58,900 nucleotides of DNA from Trichomonas gallinae. Lineage: Eukaryota. Made by a program: the position numbers and the translations under genes. Location of the stretch: assembly GCA_008369845.1 (NCBI GenBank), contig MRSU01000169.1, positions 1-58,900 of the forward strand. Reading direction: 5' to 3'. This document shows, piece after piece, positions 1 to 10,897 of the stretch. Under the pieces are notes generated by a model, which did no database searches, had not been told where the DNA came from, and saw nothing but the letters and a program-made list of their open reading frames with translations. Within the stretch, counting starts at the first letter, position 1; every line of letters starts with the position of its first letter.

Positions 1-609
1 ATTAAACAATCTAATAGATTAACTTGAATTAACTCGGGGTCGAAATTTTCGAATAAGGTTATGAGTCGGAAACCCTTTCAAAAAAATAATCGTAAGAGAA
101 AAAGCTTAAGGAATCAAGATATATTATAAATAACAGTTCTATTTATTCTTTTTGAAGTGTAAAACATCACATGCCTTAATAATTTTTTTGATATAATATT
201 TCAACATTAAGGTTATCATTAGTACCATTTCATTGTCTTTTGTATTTTGTTTTTTCATCAATCTCAGTAATTGACAACATCATGATGAACATTATGTGAA
301 GCATTAATTAAGGCTGCGTTAACATGAATTTTGACAGATTCTATTTTACCAAAAAGACAGTAAATGTCTAATTATTATGTGCTAATATGAAAGCAACTCA
401 ATAATATTTAAAATAATGCATTATTATACCAACTATACTAATAGGAAAACCAGTTGTTTTTATTTAATCTGAATATGATTAATGACTCCTATAGGATAAA
501 TCATTTAGCATCAGTCATTGGTTTAAAGTAATCATAAAAATATATTGTATAAGTTTAGTATTAGTGAATATATTTAGTATAGTTTATAGTGATATATAGA
601 ATAGGAAAA

Positions 610-1602
610 TTAATCAATCGCATATTTGTCAACAAGAACCTTTGAATTTCCGAGGCCAACTCCAAAGTTAGACTCACTGAAGTGAACGCTATTAAGTGGA
701 GTATCAAATATTTCTGTTTGAGCAACAAGATCTAAATCGGAAGTACGATAGAAATGAAGCTTCTTAAGACCTCCACCACAGACGCCAACGAATTTGTTAT
801 CTGTTGTAACGCCAAGTGAATAAATAAGAAGAGATTCTCCGCCGCGACCAATCGAAATTTCTTTTTCGCATTTTCCAGTTCCGATATCAAACATCTGTAG
901 CTGATTCTCAGATCTGTTTGAGCCAGTGATAAGTCTATCGCCGATGAATGCCATAGATTCACCATTAAGATGTGGACCGAAGATTGTTCTTTCAACGCGG
1001 CCTGTTCTGATATCCCAGAATAGAACTGTATCATCCCATCCAGCTGTTGCTACGACGTCGTCGTTTTGATATGCAGCAGCGTAAATTCTTGATTGGTGTC
1101 CAGTAACTACGCCCTGGTCATAAGGACGGGCATTTAATTCATAAAGTTTGACGTGTTTTTGTATGGCATAAATACGAACTGTTTTATCACTTCCAACTGT
1201 CGTAAATTGTGTTCCATTTGGAGAAATTGCGATAGAACTGGTTTCATTGCCTTCTTCCTTGAGCATCCAGAGATTCTGGCCCGTTTCTGTGTGCCATAAT
1301 GAGACATAGCCGGATGCGGATGAGCAAAGGAAGGCGTTGTCAATCTTTGGATGCCATTTAATGGATGTTATTGGATTGGATGTATGAAGTACGTCGATTT
1401 TATACATTAATCTTGAAGTAATTGCATCGCGAACGTAAACATTGCCATTGAATGTTCCAACAGCCAGCTGCTTGCTGTTAGGAGAGAACCTGATGACAGT
1501 GATATCAGATCCGTCATGCTCTGCTTTCCAGCAGGTATTAGAAGCTTGTAACTCGAAGAAGGACGTTTTAAAATAAAAAATTTTCTGAAAAACAGGACAA
1601 TA
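610..1602 (-). CDS. WD40-repeat protein; reading frame open to 1602, true start uncertain (first in-frame ATG 1407; upstream ATG 1649 is in another frame)
   Basis: Multiple WD repeats (GHQSRIYAAAY...TAGWDDTVLFWD; SIAISPNGTQFTTVGSDKTVRIY). The same frame continues upstream of ATG 1407 with another WD repeat, HDGSDITVIRFSPNSKQLAVGTFNGNVYVRD; the upstream in-frame TGA is at 1605-1603. Confidence 0.85.
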   Translation of the reverse strand, partial: YCPVFQKIFYFKTSFFELQASNTCWKAEHDGSDITVIRFSPNSKQLAVGTFNGNVYVRDAITSRLMYKIDVLHTSNPITSIKWHPKIDNAFLCSSASGYVSLWHTETGQNLWMLKEEGNETSSIAISPNGTQFTTVGSDKTVRIYAIQKHVKLYELNARPYDQGVVTGHQSRIYAAAYQNDDVVATAGWDDTVLFWDIRTGRVERTIFGPHLNGESMAFIGDRLITGSNRSENQLQMFDIGTGKCEKEISIGRGGESLLIYSLGVTTDNKFVGVCGGGLKKLHFYRTSDLDLVAQTEIFDTPLNSVHFSESNFGVGLGNSKVLVDKYAID

Positions 1603-2428
1603 TCAAGTTGTTTTCGCAATAAATCTGTTATATTTGGGTCTAAATCCATCAGAAAATAAAAGAAATGTGGATGGTCAATAAAAAAATTTCGTTGGAAAGA
1701 AATAAAAAATCCTGCCAAGAGATTTTACCCAAATTTTGCCAAATAACCCAGAAGCACACAGAAGGTCTATTTTGTTGATGATTAAGTAAAATTTCTACAA
1801 TAGAAATTAGATAATGAAAAAATTGACATAAAATTTTATGAAAAGTGGCGTTAAGGTTATTTTTGTCAATTTTGTGAATTAAGGTTATTTCGGAAATCTA
1901 ATCATATCGAAAACCAACAATTTAATGCCCAAATCTTTTATTATATAACTTATACATCTTTATAAGCTCTAATATAATAATGAAGTATCATTCAACTAGT
2001 TTATAGCGTAACCCGCACAATATGAAATCTTCATGTCTTGTAGATGTCAATTGTTATTTTTACACGTCAGATTTAAAATGACAACTGTACTTTTGAAACA
2101 AACGAGTTGTCTCCACTACAAAGGTCAAAAGGAGGGTAGTCCAACATGGCAGATGTATTTATATCAATGTATATAATATATATCCAGATGGACCATAATA
2201 GCATCACTATTTTTTTTCGAATCAAATATTAAAAAACATACGATTATTTTCAATTCAAATTTCAGCGCAATTTAAAATGAAAATAATCATAAGCCTCATA
2301 ATTATAGCTTTCGCACTTTTTTTATGGCGATTACGGGCCCGTAAAAATGTATAATTTGCATTTCTGACTTTACGTGTCAGATTCTTAATTTAGGGTCTAA
2401 CATTTTTAAAAAGGTAGTAGACAAAATT

Positions 2429-2881
2429 ATGGAACAAATGAAGATTCTTCTTCCAGGAGACACTCTTCCACTCAACTCCAAGCGCGACGACAACTTCATG
2501 ATGAAAAAGGACGGTTCAAAGTATACAACTGTCCTCGGAAAAATCGAAAATGACGAATTTTTCAGCATTCGCGGAGCCATTATTCCAAAAATCGATGATA
2601 TTGTTATTGGACGTGTTATCCGTGCTAAGAGGAAGGAGTTGCATTTAGTTTTATTGACATGCAACAACCAGCAACTTCAATCTCCATTATTAGCCGAGTT
2701 AAGATCAGTCGATATTCAAGAACACGATGTTGATAACGTTATTGCATCCAACTACGCCAAACCTGGAGATCTTATCCAGGCCCAAGTCGTAGCTTTGGGC
2801 CGTTCCGGATTTTATGCACAGCTTTCCACAGCTAAAGAGGGAATGGGCGTTGTTACGATCGAAGAGTCAAACGAACAATAA
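2429..2881 (+). CDS. CSL4: Exosome cap subunit Csl4/EXOSC1-like (S1 domain), no C-terminal Zn ribbon apparent
   Basis: N-terminal LLPGD, then IPKIDDIVIGRV...ELRSVDIQEHDVDNV...KPGDLIQAQVVALG...QLSTAKEGMGVV, the Csl4 pattern. Confidence 0.8.
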   Translation: MEQMKILLPGDTLPLNSKRDDNFMMKKDGSKYTTVLGKIENDEFFSIRGAIIPKIDDIVIGRVIRAKRKELHLVLLTCNNQQLQSPLLAELRSVDIQEHDVDNVIASNYAKPGDLIQAQVVALGRSGFYAQLSTAKEGMGVVTIEESNEQ

Positions 2882-3211
2882 GTTTATCAAAACTTATTTT
2901 AGCTTATTTTTTTTTTATTTTGTATGTGAATAAATAATTTATAGATGTAATATATAATCTATTTTTACATAAAATAGATACTTATCAATGCATTACATTC
3001 ATCCAATATTGATATTTTTTTTTTAAATTCAATTTATATTTTCGAATTCATTGCGTTTCATACAATATGTAATCTTTCTGTCAATGTAAACAATGAAACT
3101 TTACATATTTTCATTATTTAGCAGCAAATTAAATAAATTTATATCTAAATAACTTTGCTTTTCACATATATAAACATGGCTTAGAAATATTAAATCAATC
3201 AAAAATTTACT

Positions 3212-6200
3212 TTAGACGGCCTTACCGTGTCTCTGGTTGGCACGGTCTTGCTGTACCTGTGTAACGATTGCAGCGAAGTCATCCATTGTCTGGTCGACAT
3301 CGCCTGCTTCTTCTGCGAGTGCTTCTGTTTCCTTTGCCGTCTTTTCTTCAAGTCTGAACAAGTAGAAGAGTGCAACAGCGGCAGCGGACTGAAGGGCTGG
3401 CTCTCCAAATCTATAAGCGGAGAGGAGAACTTCGAGGATATTATTTGAGACTGACTTCCAGAGTGCTGGCTTCAAGACTGCGAGTCTCTGCAAGCACTGG
3501 CAAGCGATGACTTGGTGCTGAGTATCTGTAGACTCGATGACATTGATGATGAATGGAAGCATATCTGGGATCTTAGCTGGATTGGCTATCATGACCGCGA
3601 TGACAAGTCTTGGGAATACAAGCTTGAGGTCTGAGTTCTCTTCTGCTTCGAGTGCTGGGAGAATCTCGATAGCTCTTGGGAGTGCGAGCTCGGTGACATC
3701 CTTCCTGCTGCTCTTGAGTAACTCTGAAATGATGACGACGGCGTTCTGCATTGTGACTGGGTTTTCTGTGGAAACGATTTCCGGTTTGTAGAGCATAGTC
3801 TTCATGATTTCGATTGATGATGAAAGAAGAGCTGTGGAGATGGCCTGAGAAGCAAGTTCTCTCATAGCGAGCTTGGCGTGCTTAAGGTGCGGCTCGAGTA
3901 GTGTAATGATCTCGTTGCTCTCTGCATCTGACAACTTGATCTTGGCGACTGTCTTGACGACGGATGAAAGAAGTGTGGCAGAGGCGTTCTCACCCTGGAG
4001 CTTGAGGACCTGCAAGAAGAGCCTGGCAACGAGAGCTGGTGTAGAAACACGATCTGCGAAGCTGCAAAGTGCTTCTGCTGTTGCCTGGTGAAGCTTTGTA
4101 TCGTTCATCTTGAACAGTCTGAGGTAAGCTGTTGGCAATGAGTTGACGAGCATCTGTCTCTCGCTGGCGGCCTTTTCGAACAAAGCGCGTGAGCCAGCAA
4201 GGAGTTGGTGAAGGATGTTAAGCTTATCTGAGAGCTGGAAGTTCCTGACGATGAGGGCAAGGAGCTTGCGGATTTGTGATGGTGGGCTCTTGAGCTGTGG
4301 AACAATGATAGATAGGAGCTCTGCTGCTCTGCTGATAGCCTCGTCGGATGATGAAGAAAGAGCCTTCTCGATGATTGGAGCGAGACCATCGAATGCCTCT
4401 GGATATTCGAACGCGCGGACTTGTGTAACTGCGCAGATTGAATCGAAGTCTGTGCAGATGTTCTTGACGAGTGGCTCAATGTCATCGAGTGAGATTCTGT
4501 TGCCGGCTGTCTTGACGGCGACGACTGCGGCGTTCATGATGTCATCGAGTGGATCATCGAACAAGTAGAGGGCAGCTCTGATGAGGTGGTGAACGTTATC
4601 GTTGTAGTGCGTGCCTTCTCTGTCAAGAACATAGCCGCCAATGATGATGGACGCCTGTCTGTTCTGTGGCATCTGTGAACGCATGTTCTCGACGAGTCTT
4701 GTTGTGAGCTCTGTGAGATGCTCATCGCTGAGAGCTTCGACTGTCTTCTTCGCAATGCTGAGGGCAACTTCGCCTTCTTCTGGGCATGGTGGATGTGCGG
4801 AGATCGAGATGACACGGTCGCAGAAGTTTTGGATGATTGGTGTGAGTGCTGGTCCAGCTGCAGAAACGATCTTGCCTGCAACACGTGGTCTGTCGGCATC
4901 GAGTGGGCGCTTGAACATCTGGTAAGTGAGCTGTGCGATAGAGTGCTGGCCGAGAATGCCAAGTAAGCCGGAAAGTGCAGAGATATCGTCTGGTGACTCA
5001 GCGCGAGCATATACGAACTTGACGAGCTCTGATGATACCTGCTTAGCACCTTCATCACCGAGTGTTGTTCTCATCTGGACAAATGCCTCGATGGCTTCGT
5101 TTCTGATGAAGTCGTATGGCGATGAAAGGAATGGAGCGAGCTGCATGCAAGCTCTGAGCTTGTATTCCTGTGACATCTGCTCATCGAGAGCGTGAATGGC
5201 AACGAGTGCACCGTGCTGGACATCGACATCTTCGACCTTGAGGAGCTCATCGATCTTGTCGAGTGACATATTGAGGAAGCGCGTCTTTGTCTTCCTGACA
5301 CCTTCAGCCATAGCGGAAGCGCCGACCATTCTAACGACTGGGAACTCGCTGGAGAGGAAGGATGTGATTCTGTCGATGAGGCAGCCGAGGTCTTGCCTGA
5401 GGAATGAACCTGTGTTAGGGATGATCTGGCGCCAGACCTGCTGGGCTTCTGTGTTCACTGTTGTAACAGGGTCGTTGGAGATGATGAACAATGTCATGAG
5501 TGTTGGGTAGAGAATCTCTGGCTTGAGTGTCTCCTTCAGTCTGTCGAGAAGTTCGCCAATCTGTCTGATACCCTTATCATCGGCTTCTGTTGTGCCTGTG
5601 CAAGCGAGGACGAAGGCCTTCATGAAGTTGACAGCGCACAATCTGTAGCGCCAGTTCTCCTTCAAAGCGCACTGGAAGTATGGGTTGAGAATCAAGTCTG
5701 GATGTGTGAGAGCGAATGTCTTGGCGATGAGTGAAGCGGATCTGAGACCGACTGTTCTGATTGCATCGTTGGAGTCAGCGCAAGCTTCGAGGACGGCGTC
5801 GATTGTGATTTCGTATGAGGACTGGAAGTCTTCTGCGCCGAAGAAGTGAGAAAGGAAGCCGAGCAATGAAACATAGCACTCTCTGACGTTGATTTCCTTC
5901 TCGTTACGAGCCTTTTCGACGAAATCGAGGAGCTGTGCGTTGAGCTCTTCTGTACCGCGTGTCTTGATGAGGGAAGCGATGGACATAGCATAGCCTTGTC
6001 TCTCAGCGAAGTTTGTCTTCTTGATCATGTCGTTCAAGAGTCTGTCCATGACTTCCTCGAACGCCGAGGTTGGAAGAGCGACGATGATTGATGAGAGAGA
6101 GGATGAAGCAAGGGCACGGACAGATGGAGAAGCATCGGCGATGCATGCAAAGAGTGGCTCAATAAGCTCGTCCTTCGATGGATCTAATGTTCCCTTGACG

Positions 6201-9200
6201 GAGATTGTTGGAAGGTGGCCGATGATCTTGATGGCCGCGGACTTAGTGTTGACATTTGTAGAGCGGCAGCCATAAGCGACGATTGGGACAATGAGGGAAA
6301 GTGATGCAGAGTCGAGAAGTGATGTGAGGTTGAGATGAGAGATCTTCTCGATAGCGATTTCGAGCTTGGATGCTGTAGAAATGGCGCCGATAAGGTGTGG
6401 GAAGAGGTCAACGATGGCCTCATTTGTGATGAGTCCCTTGAGAAGGTCGAGGGCTTCCTTGGCAGCTTCCTTGACTGTTCCATTGGCTGACTTCATAGCC
6501 TTGGAGAGAGAAGAGACAATGTTTGGAATGAACTTCTGGACGTTCTTTGTGCCACCCTTGATAACTGATGAAACAAGGAGGATGGCAGCGTGCTGGATAC
6601 GCCAGCTTTCATCGTTCTCGACGTTCTCGAGAGCGTATGGGAGAACACGCTCACCGCAGGCCTTTGTGAGGTTCCTGACGATGGACTGCGATGCCTTGTC
6701 AGCAGCGGCTCTGACATCAGAGTTGTTGTCGCCGTACAAAGCAAGGAGGACTGGGAGAATGCGTGGAAGTGACATTTCGATCATTGACTTGAACATGAAT
6801 GAAAGGCCAGCGAAGATATAAGCGCAAAGCATTCTGAGATTGGAGTCCTTCTCTTTAGCGAGCTGGTCTGTGTAATCGAATACGTTGCGGGACTTAAGGG
6901 ATGAGATACCCTGAGAGTTGAGGAGTGCAGCATATGTGTAAGCAAGGCCAAGGATCCTCTCTGTGCCCTTGACGCCTTCGATGCTCTTGGAGAAGTTGTT
7001 GAAGAAGTCATCGATGAACTGTGTGTTCTTCTTTGCGAGTGTAGAGATTGTCTTAGCACAAAGCTCTCTGACATCCTCATCTGGTGATCTGATGTTGTAT
7101 GTGATGAGGCACTGCATGAGTTCCTCGCCGAGTTCTGGCTGTGATGTGACAACCTTCATGCAGAGCTCGATCAAAGCGAGTCTCAAGCGGTTGTTCTCGA
7201 CAGATGAAACTGGTGGAAGGTTGAGAATGTTGAAGAACTTGTGATAAATGCTTGTCTTGTTGTTTGTGTCGAAGTTGTCGATATAATAGTTGCATAAGGC
7301 CATGGAGTTCTCTCTGACAGCTGGGACAATGTCCTTTAGAGCTGTTGTTGTGACGAACGAAATAGCATCATTTGTGAGTGGCTTGAGCTCGTTGAATCCG
7401 TACATGATGGCAGATCTGATCTGCTCCTGCTGTGGGATCATGAATGACTCGACTTCTTCTGTGTTCTTTAAGTACAGATCGATGAAGTACTTGACGCAGA
7501 CATCGACGTTGTCGGCCATCAAGATGGCGAATGAGATACCAATATCCTTCAAAAGAGCTTCATCCTTGACTGGGAGGTTGAAGATCTCAGCGTAGCTCTG
7601 CATGATTTCTTTGTCTGATGGCCTCTGTGGCTCGAGCTTCTCTATTAACTCGACAGCAACTGGGTTTGAGGCGGCTTGGACATAGACCTGGCAGAAGAGC
7701 TTCGGGCTGAAATCAGCGGCGGTGATCTTGGAGTTGGCAATGCACTCGATTGCGCACCTTCTGATCTGCTCGTCTGGGAACAAGATCTCCTGGAAGCACT
7801 CTGGGATGCTTGTGACTTCAGCATCCTTTGCGAGGCTGACGGCAAACTTGTAGACGCAGTCCTTGACGTTTGCGTGGTCGAGGTAGTGTGGGAGCAAAAT
7901 CTCAACGTTGCTTTCTGGTGTGATTGCGTTGATGTCGCACATGTACTCGCAGAGATCCTTGTCGGCCAAGAACTCTGGGAGTCTGTGTGAGATAACATGC
8001 AATAAGACATCAGTGAGCTTGGATGGGATGAGCATCTTGAGCATGAAGTTGTCGAGTTCCTCGTCCTCGTTTGTGATGATGGACAAGATTGTCTTTGGTG
8101 TAGCTCTGTATGCGTCGATGCGGTTGAATGCAGCGATGAAGAGCTCATCGACATCAGCCTGGAAGATGGAGCATTTCCTCATCTCGAGAAGCTTCGGTGT
8201 GAATGATGTCAAGCTGGCTGTGATCTTTGGTGCGCGAAGGAAGTGGGACTTCAAGAGAGCGATAGCAGACTTGACAGGAATAACCTTTGAGACTCTGATC
8301 TCTTCTTTGAGCTCCTTCTGCTTGTCCGCTGTCTTCTGTGTCTCCTTCTCGAACTTCTTCTTGAGCTGTGGAAGGTTTGTCTTGCCTGTTGGGTGAGCAA
8401 TCTCGTCCTTCATCTCCTTGTATGTCTGTGCTGATGAGTGCTCGATGTCGATTGGCTCTGTGCAGAGGAAGAGGTGCTGGTCTTCTTCGCTGAGTGGATT
8501 CTCGGAGTACTCTCTGATAGCGTTTGAAACAAGAGCAAACTGTTCCTTCGAGAGGCCGATGAATTCGAGGGCTGGCTGAGCAAGTCCTGGTCTCTTCGAG
8601 AGGTATGAGACAAGCATCTCGGAATCAGCTGATGTGGCGAGGCGTGGAGCGATAAGGATGAGACGGCGGTCTTCGATCTTGGACTTGTTCTTTGTAACGA
8701 ACTCTGTGAAAGAGAGAAGAAGCTTGTCGTTGATGGACTGATTGTCAATGAGTCCGCAGATGAACGGGAAGACGAACTTTGGCTCGATGGCGAAGACTGT
8801 TGAGTAATAAAGCTGCGCAGCGATGCCGAAAAGTTCGACAGCTGGCTCGATTGAGCCTGTTCTAAGAAGGACTTCGAACTTGGCTGTCTGGAACTTCGAT
8901 GATTGGCTGAGGAGACCCTTCTCGTCGTCTGTGAGCTCCTGTTCTCTGCGGAGAATAAGTCTGGCAGCTGGCATTGGTGCAACAGAGAAGTTCTTGTGAG
9001 CGTATTCGATGGCCTTCTCGGACTTTGTGTTGAGCAAAACATCGACGACAACTGGGAAGATGTCTGCTGTAGCTGGGAGACCAGTCAAGAAATCAATAGC
9101 CTGATCGGCGCAAGATGCGAGAGCGTTGATTGCCTCGATCTTGATTTCTGCCTGCTTCTCATCTCCGATGAACTTGAAGATCTTCTCAAGTGTGGCTTGT

Positions 9201-10054
9201 TGAGAAGCAGCAAGCTTAACATATTGCAATGCAGTGCAAAGAGCCTTGCGCTGGTCGAAACCGGATGTCTTGTTGATGAAAGTAATAAGTGTCTCGGTAA
9301 GGCTATCCTGGTTGAATGCTGCAGCTGCTGTCTTGAAATTCTTGAGTAATTTTTCGCGATCTTCTGGCTTTGCATTGGCAATGTTATTGATAATGAAGTA
9401 TGCAATAGACTTGTCATCTGTTGCGAGATCGTATTTTGGCAAAGAGCGAACAACGATTGGGATGAATTGTGCTCCGCTACGAAGAATTTGACGATTGAAG
9501 CGGGAGACAACGACATCCTTGTAGATGTTGCTTGGGATCTTTTTAGAGACGGCCTTAGCGTAGATGTAAGACGGATCGTAAAGATTTGTAACTTTTGTGA
9601 AAGCTTCAGCAAAACCTTCAGCGATCTTTTTAAGTAAAGTCTCGTCCTCAACCTTTATGTACTTTAACAAAGCGAAAGCCGAAAGGTGTGAAGCACCAGC
9701 GATTTCTTCAGCCTTAACGATTTTAGAGGCCTTTTTAACAGCATAATTGAACTGGTACTGGCGGTGCTTAGAATCGATGAATTGGAGGCATTTAAGAATA
9801 ACCTGAATATATTTTCTATCAAAATCTTGAAGAACTGAGAAAATATGAACGTAGTGAACTGCAGCTTCGACAAGGAAGTTCACTTTAAGCTGAGCTGTTG
9901 CGTATTCAGCGAGTTGTGGTATTTCTTCCGGATTTGTCTTAACATAATCAGATAATTGCTTGGAAATGAGACTTCTCTTTAATGGAGAAGTCTCATGGTG
10001 AATGTAATCAAATATTACAGATGTTGCCGCTTCGAAGGAACGGATGACATCCAT
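3212..10054 (-). CDS. GCN1: GCN1, HEAT-repeat activator of the eIF2-alpha kinase GCN2
   Basis: About 2280-aa HEAT protein with GCN1-like blocks (ERQGYAMSIA, ENWRYRL, SWRIQHAAILL, LDSASLSLIVPIV, IISNDPVTTV...QVWRQII). Probable ATG at 10054 after an A-run; strong C-ending codon bias. Confidence 0.9.
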   Translation of the reverse strand: MDVIRSFEAATSVIFDYIHHETSPLKRSLISKQLSDYVKTNPEEIPQLAEYATAQLKVNFLVEAAVHYVHIFSVLQDFDRKYIQVILKCLQFIDSKHRQYQFNYAVKKASKIVKAEEIAGASHLSAFALLKYIKVEDETLLKKIAEGFAEAFTKVTNLYDPSYIYAKAVSKKIPSNIYKDVVVSRFNRQILRSGAQFIPIVVRSLPKYDLATDDKSIAYFIINNIANAKPEDREKLLKNFKTAAAAFNQDSLTETLITFINKTSGFDQRKALCTALQYVKLAASQQATLEKIFKFIGDEKQAEIKIEAINALASCADQAIDFLTGLPATADIFPVVVDVLLNTKSEKAIEYAHKNFSVAPMPAARLILRREQELTDDEKGLLSQSSKFQTAKFEVLLRTGSIEPAVELFGIAAQLYYSTVFAIEPKFVFPFICGLIDNQSINDKLLLSFTEFVTKNKSKIEDRRLILIAPRLATSADSEMLVSYLSKRPGLAQPALEFIGLSKEQFALVSNAIREYSENPLSEEDQHLFLCTEPIDIEHSSAQTYKEMKDEIAHPTGKTNLPQLKKKFEKETQKTADKQKELKEEIRVSKVIPVKSAIALLKSHFLRAPKITASLTSFTPKLLEMRKCSIFQADVDELFIAAFNRIDAYRATPKTILSIITNEDEELDNFMLKMLIPSKLTDVLLHVISHRLPEFLADKDLCEYMCDINAITPESNVEILLPHYLDHANVKDCVYKFAVSLAKDAEVTSIPECFQEILFPDEQIRRCAIECIANSKITAADFSPKLFCQVYVQAASNPVAVELIEKLEPQRPSDKEIMQSYAEIFNLPVKDEALLKDIGISFAILMADNVDVCVKYFIDLYLKNTEEVESFMIPQQEQIRSAIMYGFNELKPLTNDAISFVTTTALKDIVPAVRENSMALCNYYIDNFDTNNKTSIYHKFFNILNLPPVSSVENNRLRLALIELCMKVVTSQPELGEELMQCLITYNIRSPDEDVRELCAKTISTLAKKNTQFIDDFFNNFSKSIEGVKGTERILGLAYTYAALLNSQGISSLKSRNVFDYTDQLAKEKDSNLRMLCAYIFAGLSFMFKSMIEMSLPRILPVLLALYGDNNSDVRAAADKASQSIVRNLTKACGERVLPYALENVENDESWRIQHAAILLVSSVIKGGTKNVQKFIPNIVSSLSKAMKSANGTVKEAAKEALDLLKGLITNEAIVDLFPHLIGAISTASKLEIAIEKISHLNLTSLLDSASLSLIVPIVAYGCRSTNVNTKSAAIKIIGHLPTISVKGTLDPSKDELIEPLFACIADASPSVRALASSSLSSIIVALPTSAFEEVMDRLLNDMIKKTNFAERQGYAMSIASLIKTRGTEELNAQLLDFVEKARNEKEINVRECYVSLLGFLSHFFGAEDFQSSYEITIDAVLEACADSNDAIRTVGLRSASLIAKTFALTHPDLILNPYFQCALKENWRYRLCAVNFMKAFVLACTGTTEADDKGIRQIGELLDRLKETLKPEILYPTLMTLFIISNDPVTTVNTEAQQVWRQIIPNTGSFLRQDLGCLIDRITSFLSSEFPVVRMVGASAMAEGVRKTKTRFLNMSLDKIDELLKVEDVDVQHGALVAIHALDEQMSQEYKLRACMQLAPFLSSPYDFIRNEAIEAFVQMRTTLGDEGAKQVSSELVKFVYARAESPDDISALSGLLGILGQHSIAQLTYQMFKRPLDADRPRVAGKIVSAAGPALTPIIQNFCDRVISISAHPPCPEEGEVALSIAKKTVEALSDEHLTELTTRLVENMRSQMPQNRQASIIIGGYVLDREGTHYNDNVHHLIRAALYLFDDPLDDIMNAAVVAVKTAGNRISLDDIEPLVKNICTDFDSICAVTQVRAFEYPEAFDGLAPIIEKALSSSSDEAISRAAELLSIIVPQLKSPPSQIRKLLALIVRNFQLSDKLNILHQLLAGSRALFEKAASERQMLVNSLPTAYLRLFKMNDTKLHQATAEALCSFADRVSTPALVARLFLQVLKLQGENASATLLSSVVKTVAKIKLSDAESNEIITLLEPHLKHAKLAMRELASQAISTALLSSSIEIMKTMLYKPEIVSTENPVTMQNAVVIISELLKSSRKDVTELALPRAIEILPALEAEENSDLKLVFPRLVIAVMIANPAKIPDMLPFIINVIESTDTQHQVIACQCLQRLAVLKPALWKSVSNNILEVLLSAYRFGEPALQSAAAVALFYLFRLEEKTAKETEALAEEAGDVDQTMDDFAAIVTQVQQDRANQRHGKAV

Positions 10055-10884
10055 TTTTTTTTTTGCAAAACCAATTTCTATCGTCATTTGGCCATCAACA
10101 AAAAAATTTGCTAAAACCAACAAATTTTGATATTATATTGAAGAACATTGCTTAAAACAGATGAATTTCGCAATTTTCGAAAAATTCCAAGATTTTAAAT
10201 TTTTGTCACTTTACAAAAATATTTTGACAAGTCTGTCATCTGACATCGTGATTTTCATTGTCAAAAAATAATTGAGAAATCTAGTGATGTTATTACTTTC
10301 ATGATCTTTCTGAAATATAACATCCCTACGATATGTATATACCAATGTATAAATGTGGATTTTCAATTTAAGGTTTTTGGTGTGCATCCTCTTTTCTTTT
10401 TTAATTCTTATATATACGAATATCAATATTTTTATATAATTTACTCAACTGATTTATAATGCATTGTCCTTTTAACTGCATACTGAACTCTTTATGACTT
10501 TCAATTAAGAAATAAGAGTTTGGATATGTTCTTGATGATTTGGTATATAATAGTTTTGAATGTGTATATAACATTTGTACAGTTATATTTGCTCTTTATT
10601 AAATATATGATCGAAAATAAGGTAAATTATAGTGGTTAAAATATAGTGAGTGAGCATGTTGGAAAGGTTATTTAGTGTGTAGAAAATGTAAAGAAACAGC
10701 TACTACTGAAAATTATTCAATGACGACTGATAAAAAAAATTCACCAATCGGAATCTGTTGAAAAATTGTCACTTTTTTAAAAGAAATTTACAAATATTTT
10801 TGGACTCTAAGAGAATAATAAAACTAAAAAATAAATTGAAAAATACGATTATTTTTCATACAAAAATCATCGTTTTCAATATTT

Positions 10885-10892
10885 GTCACTTT
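10885..10892 (+). promoter_or_regulatory. Initiator (Inr) GTCACTTT upstream of the MFS gene
   Basis: Trichomonad Inr consensus TCA[CT]T[TA], a few nt before ATG 10898. Confidence 0.75.
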
Positions 10893-10897
10893 TTAGT

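Noticed and set aside
282..473. Box C-like ATGATGA as a possible C/D snoRNA
   Set aside because: The nearest CTGA is about 190 nt away, with no terminal stem or recognisable rRNA guide.
3227..9651. Many 60-210 aa antisense and alternate-frame ORFs inside GCN1
   Set aside because: Ser/Arg-rich shadows expected from strong C-ending codon bias; no motifs.
10055..10123. TTG/GTG-initiated N-terminal extensions in the ORF track (GCN1, MFS, RhoGAP, IscU, Hsp110-like and others)
   Set aside because: The extensions run through Inr/UTR sequence; eukaryotic ATG starts lie downstream.
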